Below the pieces are notes generated by a model. The model ran no database searches and had not been told where the DNA came from. It saw only the letters and a program-made list of their open reading frames with translations. Of a stretch of DNA of 64,000 bases, positions 51,126-64,000 are shown in pieces. This DNA comes from Octopus sinensis (taxonomy: Eukaryota), in assembly GCF_006345805.1 (NCBI RefSeq), contig NC_043018.1, positions 9,796,001-9,860,000 on the forward strand, in the 5' to 3' direction. The translations under genes were made by a program, and so were the position numbers. Position 1 is the first letter of the stretch, and each line of letters starts with the position of its first letter.

Positions 51126-51159
<34 letters not shown>

Positions 51160-52464
51160 TATGTATATATATATACAAGTTTGTGTGTGTGTATATATAT
51201 ACATATAATAATTATATATGTAATTATAACAAAGGATTGGCTATAAGCCTCTTGACGTGCTAGAAATAGATGCTTATCGCCAATCCCTTGTTATAATTAT
51301 GCATATAATTATCATATTTGTTGTATATATATTTTATGTGTACATATATGATCTGTATACATATTGTATGTGTATATGTATAATCTGTATGTATGTTGCT
51401 CTGTGTGTGAGTTTATATAAATAGTATGTGTGTACATGTATTATGTTGTGTGTGTGCGTGTGTGTATCATAGGAATGTGACCTGTATGCATATATATTGT
51501 GTGTGTGTGTGTGTGTGAATCTACTAAAACAATTGCTCTCAAACCCTGGCTGACATCAGTTTCCTCCTTTCCCTCCTGTGTATATACATATAAATGTGGT
51601 GAGAGATTCCTGTGTGATGACAGATGATGTTTTTGAATATATGGAGAGAGAGAGAAAGAAACAGGTGCTAATCCATAAACTGCTGTTTTTACTTATAATA
51701 TTCAACAAAGCTGTGAGTTGGCAGAATCGGCAAAGAACACCTTATGGTATTCTTTCTGGCGGTGAGCTGGCAGAAATGTTAGCACGCCAGGCGAAATGCT
51801 TAGCAGTATTTCGTCTGCCTGCCGTTACATTCTGAGTTCAAATTCTGCCGAGGTCGATTTTGCCTTTCATCCTTTTGGGGTTGATAAATTAAGTACCAGT
51901 TGAGTACTGGGGGCAATCTAATTGACTTTCCCCTTCCCCCAAAATTTCAGGCTTTGTGCCTATAGTAGAAAGGATTATTATTATTGGCAAGTACCAGTTA
52001 CGCACTGAGGTTGATATAATCGACTTAATCTGTTTGTCCTTTCTGTGTTTTGCCCCTTGTGGGTAGTAAAGAAATAGGTATTTTTTCTGACTGTTTACTC
52101 TGAGTTCCAATCCTGCCCAAGGTCAACTTTGCCTTTTATTCCTTTCCCTATCCCACCCCTCCCCTCCCCAGGGCTGATACAATAAAGTACCACTCAAGTG
52201 GTGGGGGTGGGGGTTGATGGCATCACCTGAACCCTGCCCCTTCCTTCTTAAAATTTTCAGGTCCTGGACCTAAATCAAAAACAACTATGAAGAAGGTGCA
52301 AGAGTGGCTGCGTGGTAAGAAGCTTGCTTTTGAACCACATGGTTCTGGGTTCAGTCCCACTGCGTGGCACCTTGGGCAAGTGTCTTCTGTTATAGCCTCA
52401 GGCTGATCAAAGCCTTGTGAGGGGATTTGGTAGACGGAAACTGAAAGAAGCCTGTCATGTATAT

Positions 52465-52500
<36 letters not shown>

Positions 52501-53624
52501 CTGTATGTCTTTGTGCCTATATTTGCCCCCCACCACTGCTTGACAACTGGTGCTGATGTTATGTCCCTGTAACTTAGCAGTTTGGTAAAAGAGACTGATA
52601 GAATAAGTGCCAAACTTTGAAAAATAAAGTCAATATATAGATGGTGCAGGAGTGGCTGTGTGGTAAGTAGCTTGCTTCCCAACCACATGGTTCCGGTGCC
52701 ACCTTGAGCAAGTGTCTTCTACTATAGCCTCGGACCAACCAGAGCCTTGTGAGTGGATTTGGTAGGTGGAAACTGAAAGAAGCCTGTCGTGTATGGTATA
52801 TATATATATATATATACCATATGGTTGGTTACAAAGCAAATGTTTTGAGCACATGGGTATGTGTGTTTAACAATGGTGATTTCTAACATTGGTACAAGGC
52901 TACCAATGTTTGGAGAGAGAGAGAGAATGTGGTGGTGGCGAGACATAGTCACTTATATCAGCTTCAGTATTTGACTGGTATCATATTTCATGAATCTTGA
53001 ACAGAATTAAGGGCAAGTCAACCCAGGTGAGGTTTAAATTTAGATTGGAAAGCGATCAGAATTGCTAATCTTGTTCTCAGTTTCTGTCTGCTTCATTAAC
53101 ATTCTAGACAGACATTCGTTAATACAATGAATGTCTAATGAATCGCTGACCAAAATTAATAAATTCCTGCTTTCTTCAGTTGAAATTTATTTTAAAATCA
53201 CATTTTAAACTATATTAGGTCCTTCAAGTGCTATTGGTGGATGTATACAGGTGTGGCTGTATGGTAAGAAGTTCACTTCCTAACCACATGGTTCTGGGTT
53301 CAGTCCCATTGTGTGGCACCTTGAGCAAGTGCTTTTTACTATAGCCTTGGGCCAACTAGAGCCTTGTGATTGGATTTGGTTGACGGAAACTGAAAGAAGC
53401 TTGTCATATATATGTATAAATATCTGTGTGTGTCTTTCTGTCTGTATTTGTCTCCCATCACTGCTTGACAACCGGTGTTGGTGTGTTTACGTCCCTGTAA
53501 CCTAACAGTTCAGCAAGAGAGTCCTAGGGTCGATTTGCTTGACTAAACCCTTCAAGGCTGTGTCCCAGCATGGCCACGGTCAAATGACTGAAACAAAATA
53601 TAAAAGATATACACACGCATACAT

Positions 53625-53655
<31 letters not shown>

Positions 53656-54199
53656 ATACACTGTTTGATGGTACAAGTGTAATATATAGAATGTGTGCAC
53701 ACTTACATGCAGGTGTGTATGTGGTGATTTGCTGTACTTGAGAAGACGTGTCAAGCTAAGCAAACTCGCTGTCTTCCACACAAACAGGCTTGTTGTCCTT
53801 TACAGATGATGGTGCCATTTAAGAAGCCCCCATGCCGGTGAGTGCTGTGTTAATGCACCATTGCTGGAACTGCATTAATGCACTCATGTCAGTGCTGCAT
53901 AAATGCACCTGTGATGGTGATGTGTAAAAAGCACCCAGCACACTCTGTAAAGTGGTTTGCGTTAGGGAGGGCATCCTGCTGTAGAAACCATGCCGCAACA
54001 GACAGATGGGGTCTAGACAGCTCCCTTCTTCTACCCAGCTCCATATCAAACTGTCCAACCCATGCCAGTATGGAGGGCAGATGTTAAACGATGATGATGA
54101 TGATGGTATGTCTGTGTTTGCACGTTATTTCTATTAATATATTGTCTTTTTAGTTTATCGTTTTAAAGGAAAACTGTTTAAAAGTTGGAAATTAACACT

Positions 54200-57100
54200 T
54201 GAATCCCAGAAGATTATATTTAACTTTTTTTGTTACCATATTTCTACTGAAATGCACAGTTTTTATTAATTAACACATCCAATTTAACTTGGATGTGCTA
54301 TTAACATTAATGAAATATTTGCTTTACTGACTTGGTTAACAGGTGAACAATACAAAACACAGTGAACAGGTGAACAAAACCTTGCTAATACAGTTAATTA
54401 GTTCTTTAATATACATGGTTAACAAGTGAACTATACCTTAATAAACATGTTTAACAGGTGAACAATATTTGAATAAATGTGGTTAACATATGAACAATGC
54501 TTTGATAAACACATGTGCACAATACCTTAATAAACACAGCTAGCAGGAAAATACTACTTTAATGAATGTGGTCAATAGGTGAACAAAACCTTTCTCACTC
54601 AGTGAACAGGTGAACGAAGCCAAACAGTTTGTCCTGTTTGTTTCCAGTTGATTCATTAATTTATTTCCTTTGGTTAATTAATATCGAAGTCCTTCTTGTA
54701 CTAATTACCCAAATTTAGTGACAGTTTAATCAAGCCTATTACCTCTCCCTCCCCATCACTACTGTTTACTGCTATTTGCTCAGCAGAGCGAGTTGTTATG
54801 GTAACAAATGGGGGATATTCATCAAGAGATTAGTTGAATAAATAATAACGAGAGCTTATAATTAAAACTTGGTTGGTGTGTAGACTTGTATGGCAGGTGA
54901 GAAACTTGGGGGTGGGTGGTGGGGAATGAAATATATCTACTTTCATGTAATGTTGTTGTTGTTGTAAAGCCTCAGGTGATCCCTGATGGAATAGATCCAC
55001 AGCATGTAAATAAGACCTACATCTGATGTCTGTTGTTCCGAATATAATCCCAGCCTCAGTTTGGCTGAAGACCATTCTGCACTGAATGGTATGGAGTTGT
55101 ATGGCTGTGGGGTTAGGGAGTTCACTTCACAACCATGAGGTCTTGAGTTCAACCTCACTGTGTGGCATCATGGACCTCGGGCACATGGCATCTACTGTGG
55201 TGTTGGGTTGACCAAAGCCTTGCGAGTGAATCTGGTGGATGGAAACTTGTAGGACGCCTGTTGTGTGTGTGTGTGCATATATATGTGTGTGTGTGTATAT
55301 ATCATGTCATCATTTAATGTCCATCTTCTATGTATGCATGAGTAGAGTGGTCAACAGGAGCCCGGCCAGGTAGAAAATGTACCCTAGGCTAGTGTCTGTT
55401 TGGGTGGGGATTTTATGGCTGAATGCTCATCCTAACACCAACCACTCCCCAGATACATGTATGTGTATATATATATATATATATACACACACACCCACCC
55501 ACACCCATGTATGTGTCTATGTATATATACACATGTACATGTATATATACACGTGTGTATGTGTATATATATATATAATGTATATATATGTATGTATGTA
55601 TGTATATATCTGTATATGTATGTATATATCTATGTATGTATGTATATATATATATATGTGTATATATATATATATATATTATATATATATATATATTATA
55701 TATATATATATGTATGTATATAATACATACACACACAAAAATTGGTGCAGATTGGAGACAGGAAGAGGTTCCAGCTGTAAAACCCTACCTCAAGATCAAT
55801 TCCCATCCAATCCATGCTAGCATGGAACAAAGCTCCTGTGCTGGTGCCTTGTGAATTGGTTGGCATTAGGAAGGGCATCCAGCTGTAGAAACCTTACTAA
55901 AACAGACAATTGGCGCCTGGTGCAGCTCTCTGGCTGGTCAGCTCCTGTCAAACTATCCAACCCATGCCAGCATGAAAGATGGACATTAAATGATGATGAT
56001 GATGATAAACCAATTAGTAAATGGTTGTATAATATTCTGGAACAAACTGTGATGAGTTTTAAGAAACTACAAGACTGTTGTCCGGTTGATACCCAACCAC
56101 ACAGCACGGTCAACAGTTTGTTGCAGCAATACATTCGAGGCTGGATTAAAAGACAATTGATTCTCTTTGTGCAATCCAACCCTGCCCTCCCCTCTCTTGT
56201 GACCTTGACAGTGTCTAAATGACAATAAAGGTATAATGAGTGTTGTTTGTGAAATGATTGATTAACAATTCAATTTTCTTCCCGATCAGCTCCCCCACCT
56301 CCCCAGGCTTGATTTCATGACTGTATTGACCCTTTTGGTATTAACCTTTGTGAGACTGCCCCTGGTTCTATGATATAAGTTTCCTGCGCTCTCAACACAA
56401 TTCTAAGCCAGAATCAGAGTGATTGACATCATGTGACTATGTTAGGCCTTTTCATTTAACCCTTTTCGCACCAACCTACCTGAGACTGCTCACCCCACCC
56501 CCCTGTTCCATGATATCAGCTTCTTGTTTTAAAGTGATCTAAATTTAAACCTTCCATCAAATTTTCATGTTAATCCATGTTTCAAACCCCAGCTTCATAA
56601 AGAGATTATTTTACTAAAGTCTTTATTATTTTCAGATTTAAGTGAAACACAATAAGTGTATTATAACAGAAATATGGTAACAAAAAGGTTAAAGTAATTG
56701 AAATTAAAACCTTATGTTCCAAGCAGTAGCTTGATAATGACAGTTATTTTAATAAATTCTTTGTTTTCAAAATTAAATGAAACAAAAGCAGTTTATAAAT
56801 CAACTGTTAGTGATGGAAACAGCCTTTGTAACGGATATTAACTTGCACATCCAACTTTTCTTGGATGTGCTGTTTTGAACACCAAAGACTGCAGAAATCC
56901 TCCTTAGAAACCACTTTGTAAAGAGCTAAATAGCACAGAATATATTTGCAGATGAAATTTTACCAGCACCAGTGAATGGGGCTGTTGTATTACATGTATT
57001 ACAGCGTAATTTTTGCCTCATCAGCAGCAGATACCCAATCACGAAATGTGAGACTGCAATCTCTTGAAACCAATATAGTTTAACACTGACTAAACAGCCA

Positions 57101-57468
57101 GTGATGTTGCACAAAGCTGGTAGACTGTGTATAAATTAGCCATTAGCGACAGAAGCATCATTTGTAATGAATATTAATTAGAACATCCAACTTAACTTGG
57201 ATGTGTTGTTTCCAACATTGTAGACTGCAGTAATCATCTCGAGAAATCGTCTCTAAGAGAAGGTGCTGACAAGATTCCGTCAACCGATATATCTGTGCTT
57301 TTAATAGCATCTAATGTCTTTACACAAAGATTTCTCCAAACTATCACCGTAGGCTACAGCATTCAAAATAGCACATCCAAGTTAAATTGGATGTGTTAAT
57401 TAATAAAAAATGTGCATTTCAGCAGAAATATGGCAACAAAAATGTTAAATATAATCTTCTGGGATTCA
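54200..57468. repeat. ~100-bp inverted repeats 3.1 kb apart
   Basis: 54200-54302 and 57367-57468 are reverse complements with only a few differences; each has a CACATCCAA-N6-TTGGATGTG hairpin. Confidence 0.85.
56456..56692. mobile_element. piggyBac-type MITE family E (TTAA-CCC...GG-TTAA)
   Basis: TTAA at 56456-56459 and 56689-56692 with CCCTTT/AAA(A)GG ends; related copies about 11145-11365, 19300-19528, 19605-19840. Confidence 0.65.
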
Positions 57469-58585
57469 TAAACTAAGCACTATTCTATCTTTATTCATCA
57501 ATTTCCATTCCATGCTCTCTCCAAGACAATTCTTGTAACAAATCAGTGTTTTTTTTTCCTTTTTATGAAACGAAATGGATAAGAATAACTTGATTAATCT
57601 CTAACTTGATGAAGAATCAATCGCATTTATGAACCAAGAATAACTCTGTTTGACTACTCAAAAATAATGAATTATCAATGGATTTGGTTTACCATTGGGT
57701 GTGTGCATGTGTGTGTGTGCGTGTGTATATATATATATATATGTATGAGGCTAATTATGTGAATTTGTATACGGTATGTGTGTGTGAAGCACCAAAGGAT
57801 GTGTGTATATGAAGGTATTTCTTTGTATACACATATTGTGTATGGGTTGGAGTTTGGCACCAATAAATATATTGTATGTGAGGGGGGGTGTGTGTGTGTG
57901 TAATATGTAGGCATTTTTGTGCCCATATATGGTGTGTTGGTGGGAGTTTGATCCCAATAGATACCTGGACATGTGGATATCTGTATGTATATATATATAT
58001 ATATATAGATATATATATATATATGTGTGTGTGTGTGGTGTATGGGTGTTTGTTTAGAAGTCAGTGAGTTATCTGAGTTGTTTAGTCCCAGGTCGGTACT
58101 AGTCTAATAGACTTATGATGAAAGACATTCTAGCCATGGCCATTGTTGTTGTTTTTTTTATTTTTTGTATGTGATGGGGAACCCAGGAATACATAAATCC
58201 CGATGTGTTCTGTTTTTAAGATGGCAGGGCAAGATATGACAAAAATTTGGCTGCTATTTTTAGCGGGTTCAATAACTATAAAGAGGTTCCGTCTACGTGA
58301 TGACTGGCCTGTCATTTGTATGTATATGTGGTGGGTGGGTGGGGTGGTAATAATAATTACTCAGACATTTCTCACTACACTAGACCCTCCCTCTCCTCTC
58401 TCAGTCTATATATATCTTCAACTATAAATATTATATCATTGGGAGATCTTGCTAAATATATCTTCCACATTGATTAAATGGCCACAACTGAGGAAACTTT
58501 ATACCTTCTGGTCAGCCGAGTTAATTTATTTCTCAGCCAAATTACTAAGCACTTTTCTTAATATCACCATCATCGTCATCTAATC

Positions 58586-58985
58586 TCTTTACTCTTTTAC
58601 TTGTTTCAGTCATTTGACTTTGGCCATGCTGGAGCACTGCCTTTAGTCGAGCAAATCGACCCCAGGACTTATTCTTTGCAAGCCCAGTACTTATTCTATC
58701 GGTCTCTTTTGCCGAACTGCTAAGTTATGGGGACGTAAACACATCAGCATCGGTTGTCAAGCGATGTTGGGGGGAGGGGGACAAACACAGACACAAACAC
58801 ACACACACACATACATATATATATACATATATACGACGGGCTACTTTCAGTTTCTGTCTACCAAATCCACTCACAAGGCTTTGGTCGGCCCGAAGCTATA
58901 GCAGAAGACACTTTGCCCATGGTGCCATGCAGTGGGATTGAACCCGGAACCATGTGGTTGGTAAGCAAGCTACTTACCATTCAGC
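58586..58985 (-). mobile_element. SINE family B, second near full-length young copy
   Basis: Highly similar to 29447-29851 along its whole length apart from the internal microsatellite. Confidence 0.85.
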
Positions 58986-59884
58986 CAGTTTACTTTTTTA
59001 TGCTCATGTGGGTCAGATTGAATTCGTTGAGGCAGATCTTCTATGGTTGGATGCCTGTCATTGTTGCCAACCAAGGTACTGTTTCCCCATGGAAGACTGG
59101 AAATGAACAACCCCTCTTTTATGACAATGATGCATATTTACAACCATTGTATGACATCAAGAAAAGGGTTCACATAAACAGGCATTCCTTTGTATGTTGG
59201 GCTTCTTTCAGTTTCCATCTACAGAATCCACTTGCAATAGTTAGGTTGGTCGAGGGCTTTAATAGAATACCCTTTCCCCCAAATGCCATCCAGTAGGGCT
59301 GATTAGATTGCACCCACAGTTCTTATCTTTTATCCCTGGTATTTATTCTGTTGGTCCCTTTTGCAGAGCCATTCAGTTGTTGGGTACTTGGGGACTTCAC
59401 TGGTGTCGGTGCCACGTAAAAGAAAAAATCACCGAGTACCATTCTTTTAAGCTGTTGGAGTTAGGATGGATGTGAAGCTGTAGAAACCTTGCCCAAGCCG
59501 ACAGGGAACCTGACAGAGCCCTCTGGCTCGTCTCTGTTTGTCGAACCATCCAACCCATGCCAGCATGGAATAAAGCACATTGAATCATGATGATTTCAAA
59601 TTTTGGCACAAAGCCAGCAAGGTTTTTGTGGTAATGAAATTAGTCAATTACATCAACTCCAGTTTCACAACTGGTACTTATTTTATCGAATCGACCCTGA
59701 AAGGATGAGAGGCTCAGCTGACCTTGATGGGATTTGAACTTGGAATACCACAGGGAATGGGACATAAAACCAAAAATAAAATTCATTTTTCTAATGAGAA
59801 AGTTAATTAAGATTGTTTTGTAGATTTAAAGTGTAATTCATATTTATTCTGATTTTTTTTTTCTCTTTCTTTGTCCATTTTTAG

Positions 59885-60044
59885 CCAGAACAAACTAGAT
59901 GAAGCCCTGCTGACGTCTGGCCGCGTCTCTGATGCCCTAAATTCACTGCAGGAATGGCTGAGTAAAGCGGAAGCGATGCTGTCTAAAGACGAATGCATTC
60001 TTGGAGATTACGACACTGTAAATCTATTAATAGAACAACATAAG
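59885..60044 (+). CDS. MACF1/DST: Spectraplakin exon 15 (QNKLDEALLTSG...LIEQHK), phase 2-0
   Basis: Q.KL.EALL.SG..DAL..L..WL motif; phase 2 matches exon 14 (AG+C=Ser) across a 19.6-kb intron. Confidence 0.95.
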
Positions 60045-60309
60045 GTTTGTTTATTTACTTCGCATGTAATAATTGTGACTCCGGAGTCACCAGTGAATTG
60101 TGCCTCAGTATATTTACCTGATTACTGTACTTCATTTTACTTCCCAGAAAATTAAATAAAGGACCTCTGTTTGAAAAAACAACCCATATCAAGAATTCAT
60201 TCTTTGGTTCACTTTTCCGTTTTTCCATGTTTTTAACAGTGATACTGCTTTTGAAATATCACTTTCTTGTCTGTATTGTATGAGACATGTTCAACACATG
60301 GTTTATATA

Positions 60310-60347
<38 letters not shown>

Positions 60348-61042
60348 CATAAACTGTCCTGTTTGTGTTACCAATTTTGACCCTCTGCAAAATCCCAAAT
60401 TTTATTTAATTTGCTTTGCAGGAGCAACAGTTTTATTGAAAGCGAATATTATTGTTGAATGCTCGATATACGAAACTAGAAAAACAGCCAACAACTGACG
60501 AAGGGTCGTTCTTTATGTTGTTTGTCTTGTTTTCCATTTGTATCTTTTATTGTTAGAAAAAATAGTTCATATTCTATGTACTCGTATTTCCTATTTTTTT
60601 TTGCACCCATTTCATGAAGTGCCCACTTATGCATATATATATATATATTATTATATATATTACTGAAGCATTGTTTTACAACCGGATGCTCTTCCTATCA
60701 TCAACCTTTAAGTAAAGGCTATTTCAAGCAACATGTGTCTTATTCTGTGTCTTTGAAAGCCCAAAGCCAACAGCTGATTTGTTGACAAGGAAATGATAAC
60801 AACCACTGGGCTACTGATGTTATCATTTGTAGGTCAGAGATTTTATTTTTGGGGTGGGGGACAAATGAAAAGGTCAACAGTTACTCAGGCACATATATTC
60901 GAAACCACAATCGATCTGTATGTTGGACAAATTGCTCAACTTGCTCCCTGCTTTCTTTCGAACAACTTGATGTAGTTAACAATTATTTAAAAATTTTTTT
61001 TAAAAACCCATATTTCTGTAGTAATGAAATATCCATTTTCAG

Positions 61043-61204
61043 TCAGTGCAACAAGAACTGGAAGCTCGGGAACAAACTTTGGAAGCCTTGAAGTCTGCTG
61101 GAAGCATCCCTGAACAACACATTGAGGATCTGGTATTTCTATGGAAACGGATTAATTTATTGAGTGAAAGTCGAGAGGCTCGTTTAAAGGAGGCATTAAC
61201 TTTG
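61043..61204 (+). CDS. MACF1/DST: Spectraplakin exon 16 (SVQQELEARE...RLKEALTL), phase 0-0
   Basis: ttttcAG acceptor, GTAAAT donor, 162 nt open; gene continues past the window. Confidence 0.9.
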
Positions 61205-61535
61205 GTAAATATCATTTCTTAATTTGATAAACACTATAATTCCATTTCTGTGATTGTCTGTTTTCCTGACAATCACAGTAAAGACTTTTAGCTGTTTTTG
61301 TAGTTTGGTTGTTTGTTATTGAAACACTGACAGGTCATTTAATTAGCTAAATACACAACTGGAAATATTTGTTATAAGCTTAACTGTCTATATATAACTT
61401 GTATACAGTTATAACTGTAAGCATAGTTTCTTATTTATTACATAAGAACATTTATTTTTACGGAGATGTACTTGCATAGCAAGTGATTTGATCTGAGATC
61501 GTGTGCTGAAACGAAAACAATTGCAGCGTGGAAGG

Positions 61536-61784
61536 TGTTTGTAAGCCATTTAAGAAACACACAAAAGCCGTTCGATTCACTTCAACATTTAAGTTTAATT
61601 TGTCAAAATATTTTCGTCGCTTTGAGACCACGACCTGTTCCCTGACAAAGCTTCGTGATGCAGCATGGATTTTTATCAGTGAACAGGTCGCGGATTTTAG
61701 TGACGAAAATATTTTGACAAATTAAACTTAAATGTTGAAGTGAATCGAACGGCTTTTGTGTGTTTCTTAAATGGCTTACAAACA
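61536..61784. repeat. Foldback: perfect 83-bp arms plus imperfect inner stem
   Basis: 61536-61618 is the exact reverse complement of 61702-61784. Confidence 0.95.
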
Positions 61785-62270
61785 TTTATTTTACTCAATT
61801 AAAATCTAATTTTGCAAGTAATCATCTTCAAAACTAAATATTTGTCACCCTTGCATTTTCCATGAGTATCCAGTAGTTGACTAGGTACGATACCAATGGA
61901 TTTCTTGCTAATCATTTCTCTGCTGGAGGTAACATGTAAATATTGTAAAGACAAACACCACAATACATACATACATGGGGCATGGCCTAGTAATTAGGGT
62001 GTTGTGCTCACAATTGTGAGATCGTGGGTTCAATTCCCCGACTGGGCATTGTTTTGGTTTCTTGAGCAAAGAACTTCATTTCACATTCCTCTGTGCTCAT
62101 TCTGATGTGGTACCCGTTGCACCTGTGCAGGTAATGTCGATCTGATGGAGGGAGTGAGCTTATCTCTACACAGATGTTTGATCATTATAAACAAATCATC
62201 TGTGTGGTTGTTTGGTAAGGAATTGTCAAACCCTCATACGTCGTCTAATGATGGAAGAGTCTATTATTGC

Positions 62271-62341
<71 letters not shown>

Positions 62342-64000
62342 TATATATAGCTCTCCAGCTCCTGTCAAACTGTTCAACCCATGGTAGATGAATGTTAAAT
62401 GATGATGATATATGTATATATCTATCTACACACACACGCACACAAATGTGTATAAAGTTGCTCCTCAATAAGTTTCCATAAGTCAGAAAGAAAACATAGG
62501 CACTCATTTATCAGGCAATAGAGGGGGTTTATTATTATTCATATGAATTTAATCTCCTAACAACCAGTTTCTGCATCTAAATGGTTTCATGGTGAAGAAC
62601 CAAGTGAATCCATAATCACTGGACATGGCTGAATGAATAAGCATATCTTCATCTCTTTGTTCTTTTCTACTCAAGGCACAAGGCCCGAAATTTTGGAGGA
62701 GGGGGTCCAATCGATTGGATAGACCCCAGCGCACAACTGGTGCTTAATTTATTGACATCCGAAAGGATGAAAGGCAAAGTCAACCTCAGTGGAATTTGAA
62801 CTCAGAACATAAAGACAAATGAAATGCTGCTAAGCGTTTTGCCAGGCGTTCTAACGTTTCTGCCAGTTTGCTGCCTTGATCGCTTTATTACTGGAGGCCT
62901 GAAATTACTACATTCAGTTTATGGGTCTCAGATGTTCAAATGATTATTAATTTACCTGTTTTTTAGTCTTAAAAAGGTTCTTCAACAGGAAACTGTTTGG
63001 TAACTGAAATTGGTTTTGGGACTAAAAAAGCTGGCCATTAAAATTCTCTGAATATTTTGCTATCTCCCAAACACCAAATTAATAATGACAAAATTAATTA
63101 CTGTACTAAATTTCTTCTAAACCTTACTCGTTAGTATGTTTTCAGGCAAGTCAAGAAATACTTAATTGCTATTGTTTTTATTCAATTAGCAAAACAATGG
63201 AAGCATCTCCTCCCCCTCCTACAACAACAAGAAGCCTTAAGATTGGTTATAAACTATTTCACATCAAATTATCTACTCTAATTTATGCAAAAATATGTAA
63301 ATGTTTGCAGTAGACTTGTATTCATAAAAATGTCAAAATTTATTAAGAGAACAAATAATTTTTTTTCGTCTTTATTGGAAAAATCTAATTTATATTCTGG
63401 AGTTGTGCTTATTTGACAAGTGACTCTTGATTTGAAATTGGGTGTTGAAGCAGAAAGAATTATTATCAGAGAAGGAACATTTTAATGATTGAAAAAACCA
63501 CACAAACACTGTTAAATTCATTCTTAATTTCCTTCATGAGGTGCCAAACATTTTGTCAACCCACATCATGATCTTTAGCATAGCTTGACAGAGATGCAGT
63601 TGAATTGTGTCAACAGTGAAGGTTGAAGTTTCTGCTACAAAGACTTTCGCATCTCATCAGATAAACTAAAAGCAAACAAACTTTTGTATATTTCTTGCTT
63701 TTTTTTAAATTGCTAAAATGACTTTTCCACAATTTAATCGCTAACAATAATTTACAGTTTAATAATCTTTACCCATCTTTTGCCCTTCATCTCCTAGCAT
63801 AAAGTTGCCCCCTTTTAAAGTTTGTAGTCTTGCCAACTGCATGGTGGCCCTCGCTATTGCCAGTGATGAGACAATGCACTCCAGTACATGTAAAGTGGTC
63901 AGCAGTAAGGACATCCAACTGTGGAAACCCTGCCAAAGCAGACTGGAACATGATGCTAATCTTGGGCCCATCGAATCCACTGCCTGCGTCAGTTGTTGAC

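Noticed and set aside
60472-60501. GAAAC ... CTGACGA (type II hammerhead order)
   Set aside because: No NUH triplet and no convincing stems
63641-63660. Minus-strand CTGATGA-GATGC-GAAA-GTC
   Set aside because: Helix III absent and stem I does not pair
61205-64000. Further spectraplakin exon
   Set aside because: No open spectrin-like segment with credible splice sites was found; the next exon is probably beyond the window

Overview
AT-rich, microsatellite- and SINE-dense eukaryotic genomic DNA. The repeat landscape suggests an Octopus (inference). The whole window lies inside one + strand gene. Sixteen GT-AG exons (379 to 61204) splice with compatible phases into 2595 nt (865 codons) of tandem spectrin repeats. 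These match the C-terminal rod of a spectraplakin (MACF1/dystonin/Drosophila Shot family), and the gene continues beyond both ends. Introns carry several tRNA-derived SINE families, TTAA-CCC (piggyBac-type) MITEs, 5'-truncated CR1, RTE and RTE-X LINE fragments, minisatellites and microsatellite-bounded tandem duplications. Most notable: (1) minimal type-I (Penelope-like) hammerhead ribozyme motifs, one inside a cassette bounded by perfect 80-bp inverted repeats (37175-37595) and one inside a tRNA-headed SINE (25630-25870); (2) a candidate internal promoter and phase-matched alternative first exon (44998-45077) in the 19.6-kb intron, predicting a short C-terminal isoform; (3) candidate cassette or micro-exons in the 13.3-kb intron; (4) long near-perfect hairpins in the sense pre-mRNA that are candidate miRNA or ADAR substrates. 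TE boundaries are approximate and family names come from motif recognition, not database searches.
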